From NCBI GenBank assembly GCA_040954595.2, contig CM082589.2:1913398-1977397 (forward strand): a DNA stretch of 64,000 nt. The letters are read 5' to 3'. Source of the stretch: Balanoglossus misakiensis. Its lineage: Eukaryota > Animalia > Hemichordata. Of this stretch, positions 12,001-24,500 are shown in pieces. Positions within the stretch are counted from its first letter, which is position 1. Each line of letters starts with the position of its first letter. The notes below the pieces were generated by a model, which worked only from the letters and a program-made list of their open reading frames with translations, was not told the origin of the DNA and did no database searches. The translations under genes and the position numbers were made by a program.

Positions 12001-15000
12001 TCCTCCATAAGCTGTAATGAGGAAAAAAATATGAAGAAATTATTAAACAGAAATTTTGATAGTTGCTGAGGTTTTGGTATTTGCTCCATGTTGGAAAAGG
12101 TGTGACTTTTATCCCTTGTAAAGCTTCTGTCTCCTGAAGCAAGCAATATCAAACTGATGATCTCGCAAATCATAATAACATTATGAATCATATCCATCAT
12201 CTATCATTACTTATGCTTGTCTGCTGTCATGGCGACAGTCACATGACACGGCATGCTTCCCAGGGCTCGACTAAACATCAACAAATTATGAAAATCAATA
12301 GTGGACAGTTATTCAAATCAGTCGGCACGCTGGTTAAGTAATTAGGTAATTATTTGTCAGACTTGCGTAAAACAATAGGAGACATTAATATTCATTGAAA
12401 CGTGTAGTCTGCAATTGGTGACATCGGTTTGACCTGATGCTATTTTAAACATCGCGTCACAAAGCCAAGTTGCTATATTTGTCTCGATATTCTTCATATA
12501 GTGGCTTTTTTCTCTTGCTGATGAAAATTTTTGCTGGCTATTAATGTTAATTGTCTGAAAAAACAGTATTTTTGGCACCAGAGGTAGCATTGATGTGAAA
12601 AATATTCGCTTCTTAGCACTGTAAATTTTATGAATTTACCGGGAATATCTCTGCGTATGCCTCTTCTAATAGTAAGTATCTACGTTGTCTATCTGTAATA
12701 TTCCATTCTTAATGTAGCACGGAATGTATGTTTCTTTAGTCTTGATTTTTCAGCAAATGAAAAACACACATTTTTGCACTTTGGGAAAATTAATTTTGAT
12801 CATGTATGTGCATGGGTAAGCACTAAGATGTGAAATGTTGAAATTTTTCTGGCATTTTTGAAAAGATACACTTTACCGGCACTGTGGTTAGAACACAGAA
12901 TTGATTCAGTCTTTACTTATTTGTAGACCGTAACTGCTATTTAGACATTTTAATACTCTATATGAATACCGAACTGAGAAATACTATTTTTTCTGTTCAT
13001 GTTACTAAATTTACCTTTCCTGTTGGTTAGACTTCATATTTTTTAATTTATTGCAGGACAAGTTGTAACAAAATTGTTTTCAAATGTGAGGAGGGGCACA
13101 CACATACAGGTACTAAAACATTTTTAGATTTTTGTCTCACTCGCACACAGTAACAAGACAAGACTTGCTAGGTATATTTTTATTGTCTGCCAACACCCTG
13201 CTTGAAAACCCAAATTTGAATTGCTCTCGTTTTTGTGTTTCATGCCAACATGCAAGAGGCATCCATGCACGCCATCGAATTGGATGAGTAATTTGCAGCT
13301 TTATGAGGGAACACAATGAAGTATTGTATTATCGAAAAATACTGTGAAAAGTGCTGGCTGGTTTTTGAATGGAAATATCCATATTGATGATGTCAGCACA
13401 GGTATTCATATAAAAAAACACGAGATCTGGAGTTATTTGCCATTTTTCGCCCCGTCAGCAGCTATTTTTAGCACGCATGCATAATGAGCACCCAGTCTTC
13501 TCATCTTCTGATCAAAAAGCAGCTGTCATATTCACATATTCATCTCTTAAAAATCTGCTGATGTAGACAAGCCCCCTAGGTCAGTAAAAATCCACCTTTC
13601 ACTAGGTGTCGAACATTTTTCGCCATATTGGTCCAATATTGTTCAAAATTCTGAAATTTTAGCACATTTTTTGATCTGCATTTTCAGAACTTCTGATAGT
13701 CTGCCAGGACTATTCAGGAACATTAAATTTGTAGTGCGCTGAGCACAATTGGAATAAATTCTTGTCACCTTTTAGGTCGTGGTTGTTCTTGTTTGTATAG
13801 TCTGGTAACATGATGTATATGTGCACCAGCTGTGGGGTTTCTCACCTACTAAACAAGCTTTATTCTTCCAAAAGCTGTGTCATTCCACGACTATAAACGT
13901 TTCTTCAGATCTCAACTCTGGCCTAGAGGCATTAAACACTCCATCAAAACAGTTGTAAAACATAATTTCTTTATCAATTTCTTTTTCCCAGTGAATCAAT
14001 GGCAGATTTGATGTTATCAGAATTACAAATTTTATCAGTGATAAATTTTGATATGGATTATGATTTAATATAAATCAGAATAACACTTAAAATGTATGCA
14101 ATAATGAGATAAAGAGTGCGGTTTGTTGTGCTATTAAAGGGAATCATGTTTGTGGTGAAGAAAGCAGCAAAATATGGTTGCTTTTTATTCGGGGGTGGGG
14201 GAGGATGTTGGGTGGATGCAGAATAATAATTAAATTAAACATTTGATTTTGTTTCATTTTAGAATCAGCTGTGTCGTTAGTGAAATTCACTGACTTGTTG
14301 GTTGTGAAGGCACCATCACTGATGTTCCAGTGGATGTCGTTGTGAAAGCAGTTTGAGGACTTTCTCCTGACGCAAAAGTAAACGTAACCGTGTATCTGTT
14401 ACACATTATATCCGTGCGCCATGCGTTTTACATTCACACACCTTCAATATCACCAACACCTGGCTGGGGCTAAAGTCATAAGCTTCTTTGAGGATTAAGT
14501 TTTGGTCATATCCAAACTTGGTCATGTGACATCATTGGATGACAGCGTGGACCTGAGTGGCAATGTGGACCAGGGTTGGTTAAAGAATAGTTATAGTTAC
14601 ATCTCACAAATAAATAATCCAAAATAATGTACAAAGTTTAACTTAATGACTTTGTCCCTTGTGACACTGTTGAAAAAAACGAGGAAAAGGGTAAAGAGTT
14701 GTGACGTGTAACGCTTGTGTTTTTGTTTTAAGGTCAGGAACTCTATGAAGCATGTTTGATGTATGTGTTCTTTGACTGTGGTACTTGAGATGTGTAGTTT
14801 CATAATTGCCAAAAAAGGGGTGTGTGTGAGTTCAAGCTCTCAAATTATGACTACTGAGTACGACGCTGTTACCTGGCACACCCACCCACTCAACTTGTAA
14901 AAAATCGTTAAAAAAACTTCACAGCACCTCAAAAGTCTGTTTTTCTTCCAGCAAAGTTTGAAAAAAAAAATTATTGATTTTCAAGAATTGTGACCAGATT

Positions 15001-16085
15001 GAGCCTCTCCTGTTTTGGAAAAAACAGGACTTTGAAAACCCGGTCCACTGCTTTGAGGAGAAACAAAGGCTTTCTTTCATTTGTGTTTGTTAAAGGGACT
15101 AAATAGGTAACTTGTCTGTGTATTGATTTATTTTTAGAGAGACGACACGTGGGGGACCCCATCCGTACGTTGGCGGGAGAGAGAATTGATTTCCCTTTTT
15201 GATCCATGTTTTTCTCTTGTCAGAAGTTCTGTTCTGACATGACGTGCCTGCTGTACACTCATAATATAAAACCTGCTTTTGTTTTGCTGAAAGAATTGAC
15301 TTTTCTCAGTTGTGGTCTTTTAATCTCTATTGTGGTCCTGTTTTTTTATTTTGAAGAAAAAAATTGATCTGCAGGATCTGCATGTACATGTGTACCTTCT
15401 GTCCGCTGGTTTCTGTATAAAGCTTGGTGTACTTTGGAAAATTCTATCTGTATAAAATAAACACTGTGAAATGAGAAAGTTAAGAGTACTCTGTACTTGT
15501 TACCTTTCACCCCTGTTCTGAGTACTCTGTTCCAGTCTCCATGTTGAAAACAATTGGGTTAGATCAGTGATGCAGGGTGTTTATAGTCATTAAACTTTTG
15601 AAGAGCCAAAAATATGGTACAAAATGGCTCTTGTTTTCATCTAGTGGAGAACACTAATTACCATAGCAACAGAGTAATGTTGACCACTGAACTTTCCTGT
15701 ACTTTTAACAACTGATAGTACTTTAATGAAAAACACTGCGAAAGTGTTCATGACAGTGTTTGTGACAATTGTCACGCACCAACAATCTGGATCAATTTGG
15801 TTCTGGAAATTCACAATGTTGTTTTGCTGGGAAGCTTGATCAGTCATCTAAAATGATTTTTTTATTGGTCATTCAAAGGAGGGGGTGACAGATGGATGAA
15901 ATAATGGATTTGTGGGCTGATTGTTGAATTTGAATTTTTATGGTTGATTGGAATGTTTTTATTGCAACATGTGTTTCAGTTTTTCTTTTCATGTGAATAA
16001 TAAAATAGTAATTATTTTTGTTCAGCTGTTCATATATCTAGGAAGCCGTCAAAATAATCTGGGTCCATAGTTTCCTGCTTTTATT

Positions 16086-16180
16086 CATCCATCCATCTGT
16101 CTGTCTGTATATCCATCCATCCATCCATCCATCCATTGTCATCCAACTCAGCAACCAACCAACCAACCAACCAACCATTC
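16086..16180. repeat. Compound tetranucleotide microsatellite (CCAT/CTGT/CAAC)
   Basis: Directly visible runs CATCCATCCATC, CTGTCTGTCTGT and CAACCAACCAAC. Confidence 0.9.
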
Positions 16181-17962
16181 ACCATCCTGTCGATAACTCT
16201 CCACCATCTTTCAAATTGTGAAGAAGCCACTATTTTCATGTTTATCACAGTTGCCATAGTAACTATTCTCAGTAACACAATACAAAAATAAAGAGCATTA
16301 GGTTTCTTGGTATTGTTATCACTGCCAATTTGCCAACATTTAGTGGCAATGCTACTTTTCTTTGTGTGTTTCTTGGTTAAAAAAAAAGTCCAGTTACAGA
16401 CAAGGCTCAGTGTTGCAATGCCAAATTATGAATTCCAATAATGAAAGTCAGCTTTTATGTGAGTGTTATCCATCAGCAATCAATTTTTTGAAGTGCGTGT
16501 TTACTTAATTGTTAGACCTTTAGTTGTCAGATTTACACATTCACTCATTGAATCCCCCCAACCAAAGTCGCGAATGAATTGCTTTTAACATCAAACATGA
16601 TACGTGCTGAATGTTCGAGAGAGCATCAAAAACGGTTTGATAATGGTGAATCAATTTAACTCTTTCAAAAAACATCATGTAAGGCACTTTGCAAGAGCGA
16701 ACTCGTATTATCAATTTCAATATGCACTGTAGTGCAGTCCTCATTGTAGGCCCTAATCCCCCCATCAGCATCTATCTGTCTGCATCTGTGACGTTGCCAA
16801 GGTAACGGATCACATAAATGCAATATGGCGCCAGTTTCAAAAGGAAGCCCAGTGCCATAGTGCCTGTTATGAGCAGTATTGATTGATTGGACCCCTTGTA
16901 ATAATTTGGAGGGCACATTGTGGGCTTCTGATGAAAGCCAACAAGACCCCCTAACCCTGCAGGTTTCAAATTACATCAAACAGTCCCCGAAATCCGATCG
17001 CAAAAACACTTCTTTTCAGCACTCAATACAAATAAAATCCCATTAAAATTATTTTTCACGCCTTGCTGAAATTATTGAGTGTTGTATAATTTAACCCACC
17101 AGATACCAGAGGATGATTTTCTATCAATTTAAACATAAGCACATTTCTGCTGTTTTTTACATTTGATAACAAGACCCCCTAGCTTGATGATAATTGATAT
17201 ATTTACATCCGCTGAAGATTATCATGTTACACTGAATTTTTATGACTGAAAATGTGTCTCAATAAACATCATTTTAAGCACCAATTACACATCGGATAGT
17301 GTGTTCAGAAGAAATAATAAAGCCTGTGATCCTTAATATTGATGGAGGTTTTTTCCTCACTGCGTATTTACCGGTATTAAGTCTATTACTTGGTCATTAA
17401 CGAGGATGTTTAAACTTCTAATTTTTCACATTTCAGCAAGTAACAGTGGGTTTGGATCAAAATATTTTACCCATAATAATTACTGAAATATTTTTTTAAT
17501 AATTTTTTTATGATTCTTCATTGCTGGTCCCTGGGAGGGATTTTGGAGTGTTGTATTAGTAGGTTATTCTATTTTTTGATGTAGGGGTGTTGTTTATATT
17601 TTTTCTGAATTTTATGGTAATTCCTAGATATTTTCCTCTTTTTTCTCTTTCTATCCAGCAATAATGCTGCCTCTATCAGCTTGTTGCTTGCGAGGTGGTC
17701 CAGGAAGTATAAAAAAGTGACTGGGAAATCAGTAGCCACAAGTATTTGTGATTTTTTCCCATGTATCATCTGCAGATTTGTATCCTAGATGCCCTCAAGC
17801 GCATTGAAACTCCCAACACACACATTCAGCCGATCAATATACTTCTGTATCTGGCATAGCTGGCGGTCTTCATGTTGACAATGGAAGACCAAACTCCAAC
17901 AATAATAAAACATGGTTTCCAGGTTGCGTTAATCCCATATTTTGCTTCCAAGTCCGCATATT

Positions 17963-17965
<3 letters not shown>

Positions 17966-18009
<44 letters not shown>
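17966..18009. repeat. (GA)n microsatellite, about 22 units
   Basis: Perfect GA run. Confidence 0.97.
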
Positions 18010-18011
<2 letters not shown>

Positions 18012-21000
18012 ATACTTTTCACACACTATTTCTCACGTAAATTTTCACTCTAAAATAAATGATCACTCAAGTGCCTTCCGTAGGCTAGAGAGAGGACACA
18101 CTGGTTTATAGAAGCTGACAGAATTGCCATATTCCAGACTATGGGCAGATTTGACAAATAAAATATGAGAGCTTTGCTAAAAAGTAAATATTTTTGACTC
18201 ACCATTTTAGTGCTTTTATTTGACATACGGCAGCTACTAACAAACATGTCTGGACATATTTTGCACTTCCTGTTTGTAACTATAGAATGATTTGAATTGG
18301 GGCAAGGGGTACATACAGTGCCATGCCTTCTGTGTTTGTGTTCCATTTTTACACACTGTTTTGTATTTTACTGGCTGGCGTGCGAACTCTTGTAGGTCTA
18401 AATTCAGAGAGAGTGACACATTGATAAAATTAGACACTTGAATGAAAAGGACCAGTAACAAACAACATAACGGAAGCAGGTACTAGGGTATACTCCGGCC
18501 ACTAGAATAATATTAAATTAATTATAAAATTGTTATGATAATATCTATCATCAATATAAAACGTGTAGTCAGGATATAATTTTTAGACAGTTATGTTTAA
18601 TTATTGTGGGAAAAAATGAAAGTCTGATTATTTTTTGAAGTGGTTCAGTCTGTGTTAATATCAGCTCTGCTGCTCACTTCATCACTCTTTGGAAGTTCGA
18701 ACGGATGTTTTGAATTATGCTGAAATACGATACAGGTTATGTTGCCCATGACAACTGATTAGTGTGTCAGTTAACTCGGAAAGTTAGCATTTAAAAAATT
18801 GATAGTCAATAAAGACCCCCATCAAACCGGACACATGATTTTTTTCCATCACTACGTCGGTGATAACTGGTATTTTCCCACCAAAATTTTGGCGGGAAAA
18901 TTTGTAGATTTGATTTTCGTACATGACATTTTTGCATATACCTCTCAACATAAATGGCCTGATGAAAATAGGAGCAGGGATTACGATCGAAAAGTTGTCT
19001 CTGAAAATTGAGCTGAAGTAAACTAGACAGAAAAGATGAAAGAAAGGGTTACATTTTTGTACTTTTTAATCAAATATTTAACCCTAGCAGAGAGGTGGCC
19101 TTGGTGACTGGATTGGCCCTGCCCTGTGGGCAAAACCTTTCCAGTGGAATAGGGAATGATGAGCTGGAATGAGATATTCAACGGAAATGGCGGAAAATGA
19201 ATACTCTGTGCAGCGAGAGAGGCTACATTATTATTTCGTGCCCGGAGGCGGATTTTCGAAAAAATCATAATGGTTCATGGTTCTCAGTGTTGGTCTTAAG
19301 CAATGCTATAGAATTTCCTCGCAAATGCATTCTACTCGGTGACCTCCGACCCCAAGCACATGCTCTTCTGACAGACAAGTGATCTTCCGACAAAGACGGA
19401 TCATTAGCAATGCCATCTCGGCTGTTTTTCATCAGGTTTCTGACCCCGGGAATTAAAATCCCCCGGAATGAATGAATCCACGGAAAATGGTTTTTATGGA
19501 AATTAACATTTGATGTGACTTGCAGCCAAACGGGTGAATATTTCAGGTAACATGATGCAGAATTGGAGAAATTAAAAATGGCAATTTTATCTTCAAACCC
19601 GAGCCCTCCCCGGCAATAATTAGGTATAATGTGAATAAAATGGTGGGATTATATGGTAAAAACTTTTCTCTAATAAATGTTTAAATTTGTGATGATTACT
19701 GATGGCTGTACTTTGTGAGTCTAGGTAAAACAAGTGTAGAACATCATAGAGGATGAATCATAATTTTTATCAGTAAATCTTCTCTCTCTCCAAATTTCAT
19801 AGATACAAGTGCAAAAGATAAAACAATAGATAGGTACTATATGACCTTTTGGGGGACAGGTTGAGACATTATTCTAGTGCGCATATGGTATGCATTTTAA
19901 ACAGAAACCACCAGTTAAATACCCAAAAGTCATTTCAAATGAAGCAGCCAGACAGTCAATGCAGATACTCTACCACAGACTGATACTGTTAAAAAATACA
20001 TAATATCATTGTGTATCAGTCACAGATGATGTTATTCCGATGAGTGCATCATATACATCCACATAGGACCCTGGGCAGACTTTTACCCTAGCCGTATTGA
20101 TCCGTGCACAAGATGTTATGTGGAAATTATGAGGAAACTAAGGAGCCATTTTTGCATTTGTTATCACTGTAATTATTCAAATATTAGTCTCGGAATCTGA
20201 AATAAATGCAGCTGATACGGTCGTAGAGAATTAAGGTGAATTCCTGATCGGGCAATAGCCTCTGTCTGAGCATCGATCGCCGCGTGTTTACATCGTGTTA
20301 CGCCATCATCGGTGAAGCGAGTGTTGTGATCAGTACAGGATCTAATTTCTCCGTTCTCCGCAAATTTAAAAAGATAAATCTTCAGTGTGGGGTTTCTGAT
20401 CCGACTAATGATTTCTAAAAAGTCTAATTGGGGAAATGTTTAGCGATGATAATGATACTTTGATATGAAATAATGGCGCTGCTATTAAGATTCTATGTGG
20501 ATATCACATGTCTACAACTTACTGTGTTGTTGATGGGAAGAAGGGATCACTTTCCAACAAAGTGACATTTATTACTAAATGATTATTCAATTTCTTCACT
20601 GCTGTGGAAAAATAACCGTGATCAACTGAAAATATTTAATTCAAGATTCGGTGTAAATGTAACAGCGAAAAAAGAATCAATATTAAGCCATGAAGTTTTG
20701 TGAAATGAAATATTAAAGGACCAATTTTGTACCAATGTAAATTAATTCTGAAGTGAAATATTAGAAACAGAGACACAAATAAAACTTGTATCAATTCATT
20801 AGCATTTCGATTTGAACAGGCGTCTGACAAATAACATTTTTGAGGAGCCTGTTTTGTCATCACGTTATTATATAACATCAATGAGAGATCCAAATTGGTT
20901 GAAAAATCATGATCATTGAGAAAAAAGCGAGAAAGGAAAAGTTAACGATGGAGCATTTGCATATGAAAACCCTGACACATGTGGCTTACAGCCTATATTA

Positions 21001-21488
21001 ATCTGACTTGGATGTGAATAGCGGAATTATCAGCTACGGAGAGATGCACCACTTTAATTGTATTGACAAGCTATTATTAAGTATTAGAGGTTTCCCGTTA
21101 AGTAATTAATTTCAGATTTCAATGGGGGCGATATTGACTGCCTTGATGATTGGCTGCCTATACGCCGCGGGTAGATGTTAGGGATAATTTAGTATTTGCC
21201 GAATGAGAGAAAAGATAGATGCAACATGATGCTCGCTGCTGTTTTTTTTTTTTTTTAGAATGCGTTTTTTGATATTAATGCACAGCCTTTGCTGTAAGAA
21301 ATGAACAAAAGGGAATGGGTGAATTCTTCGGCGAGATATTGGATTGCCGTGGCAACTAGTCTTTGATTCTTTTTAATACTGCAGGTATGTCAGTTGCAGG
21401 ATAAGTTGATACTCTGTTGGCCGCCGCTTCCTGTTACTAGGGTGTTGCCATGGATACCAAGGTTGATGGTGATTTTTCTTTTTTGGGA

Positions 21489-21513
21489 GATGATGATGAT
21501 GATGATGATGATG
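21489..21513. repeat. (GAT)n microsatellite, about 8 units
   Basis: GATGATGAT run. Confidence 0.9.
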
Positions 21514-24500
21514 GCGTTTGATGGTGTTGTTTGAAGGTGTTAGATTTTGAGCTCAGTAATGACTCCTAGACTACTTACTGAAATCACTGGCTCAAATTCA
21601 CTTGGTAAGTTGGTGTATTATCTTTGGTGACATTGCCTCTCGTTTTTTTTTTTCATCTGGCGTTTGCGCCGCTGCTGTGAAAGAAATAAACTGCATTTTT
21701 TGGTTAATGAGTGCCACTGTTGCGCTGTGAAGTTCGCCCATTACTACCCATTTGCGGCGTTCTCTCATTGTCAACTTCGAATGAATGAGTTTCGCGCTGA
21801 TTTCGTTCACAGTGTCAGACCAATTTGTGACAAGTTGACAACAGAAAGTGCAATTATACTCTGCTCTTAAACCCAGTATTTCTCATCTGTCTGTTTAAGG
21901 CTTTTTTATTTTTATTAAAGAAAGAAAGAATATTTTCTTTAAGTTTATAGTTTATCTCATTAATTTCCATACAAATGTTGGTGATCACAGATTGACCACC
22001 ATGCCTGGTAGGTCTATAGACTTCTGTGAAACGTCAATCACAACAACCATAACCGAAAGATATATTCTATATGATGAGGTGATTAAACATAGATATTCAC
22101 GATAAGGCCAGGCAGGATATCAATTATTATTGATCAAACCGTAAATGCCTAAAAGGTCTTGTGGCATACATTCTCAATTCATTTCCCTGGAAAACCTGAC
22201 TTTTTTATAACTGACTTGTTGATCCTTGAGAAAGATACGTCTTTCTTATTGTGGATAAATGATAACCCCCACATCCACAAACTCTCAGCATTTTCTTCTG
22301 AATATTGAATTACAGCTACTTGACCTATAGTTGTGAGAAGTGCCCTTATAATGACTGGAGGAGTTAAAAAACAAACACTCAGCAAAAGACTTGCATCCTA
22401 GAAACTGAATGGTCCACATGGACTTTAACATGTAGGGGCTTTGAGCTTTGTTTGTGTGGTTTTCACTACATTTTCCCTTGTTTTACATTTTGATACATGT
22501 TTGCAGAAGTAATCATAAATAAGGTGTAGTTTATCTCGATAAAAGGACAAATCTCTCAGTCTTAACTCCTGCTAACACCTGTGTGATGCAGTAAAACCTG
22601 CCTAAACCATGTTTTTCACAGTGGAGGAAACAATAACACACAAACGATTGGAGCACTGTTTTTTACATCAACAGTTCCTCCAATTCATTGGAAGAAACAA
22701 TCCAAACGAACAAACTTGTATAGAGCGTGACCATAGCAACAGCCAATCAGCTCTGGCCAAATAGACTGTGGAAAAGTTAAATTGCTTTTTTTTTGCTAGT
22801 GTGCATTAAGCATTGGCTGTTGGCAGTCTTAGGTGCAATAAGTGGTTAACCCCATGGATGAGTGAACACAGGGATACAATTATAAAAACTTCCCCCCTCA
22901 AGGTGCTTTCAATTTATTTTCACATTTGTCAAAGTGCCGCTGCCAATTCGCAAACCCCTAAGATCAATTCTACAATGGAAAGTAAAAGTTTATGTTAATC
23001 TACACACATGGTTTCAAGATTAAGCAGGAAAAAAGTCAATTGCCAAAAATTATTTTGGACAAAGATTTCACTCTAGTTTGGTCAAATTTTTAGATTTACA
23101 GAAAATCATGCCAGTTGTTTTACTGGTTGAACTAAATATTCTATATGTGTAGCTTTTTCTGACAAACATTTTTGTTTATATAGCAATTTCTTTTGTAAGT
23201 CACATTTTCAAGATTTATGACAACAATGCTTCAGAAAAGATGACCTTCAGCTGACCTTTCAACTCTTTGGGGTCACCATCTTTGTCTTACAACAATTTAA
23301 AAAAGTGTAAGTTTGTCAGGATTAGAGTTTCTACTGTTAACATATAACCATAGCAACGAAACTTTCGTTTTTGTGCATGGCATTCTATCGTCCGAATTTC
23401 AGTTTGTTGGTTTGCAACTTCTGGTTTAATCTCACTCCATATTTGGGATACCAAACATTGTATTTTTTCTTTAATTTTCTATAACAAACCTGTTTGAAAG
23501 TTAAACTAAAGGGTGTGCTATACCGTTTTGGACGGTGGTTTTAGTTCATTGGGGTGAATCTGCTTCATTTTGAGGCAGAGAGCTTGTTCGTGGCATTTGG
23601 GGATGAAATTATGCGTCTTTTGATAGCGTCCGTTACCTTGACCTGTCAATTTGACATACTAATTACATGCAAAAAACTCTAACAAGAAGTGTCACTCTGA
23701 AGACTAGAGAATCGCTTGGTTACAAAAATATGGGTCTCCGAGCCCACATAAAGATAGTTTATTCGGATTAATAAAGCAATTTTGTAATGGATAATTTATG
23801 AGGGGAAACTTCAGTCGCGGAAAAAAATGAGGCAGCTGGTTCGATAGAGGGGAGGGTGCGTAATAAGTGGATCGGCAGTCGTGTGACCACAACTTGGGCT
23901 ACTTGTCGAGATTGCAAAGCGAAAATCTTTCATAATTTGATTCGGCGCATTTGTATACTTTTTTCACCTGTAAAAACTATATTTTGTTTGCTTAAAAGTT
24001 AAACGAAATCTCCAAATGTGTGTTATCAGCTTTGAACGCAGTGAAACTCCTCGTAAAGGACTGAATACGACATAAAATGCCCCCTCCCCATTATATCTCT
24101 CGCACCAACCAGCGCAGAATTGCTTCCAAGCTGTCGTCTGTCTGTTTTGGCACCCTGCCAAGAACGACAGGGCATGGCAGCATATTTTCAGGTATTTTTC
24201 GGGAGATTTAAAATAGAGACGCGGGAGATTCCACCAATAATCCCACCTTTAAGTTCCATGAATTTCGCAATAACTTAAAGTTTATCTCGTGTTGTTTATC
24301 GTTGTGAATATAAAAAGTAATCGTTCTTGGAAATAAATGAGTGGTTTCGGTTTTTCTGTCTGTCCGAAACTTTAATCAGTTAAATTTGGCCAGGATGAAC
24401 GAATTTAAAAAATGAAATCCCACGGTTAAAAAAACCCACCGAAAACGCAAATTAAATATATGGCATATTTTCGATTTTTACTGATTACTGTCTTCATCAT

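Noticed and set aside
13057-13109. Possible short + strand exon (TTGCAG...CAG|GTACT)
   Set aside because: Weak donor, and the open frames resemble no protein I recognise, including CDKAL1.
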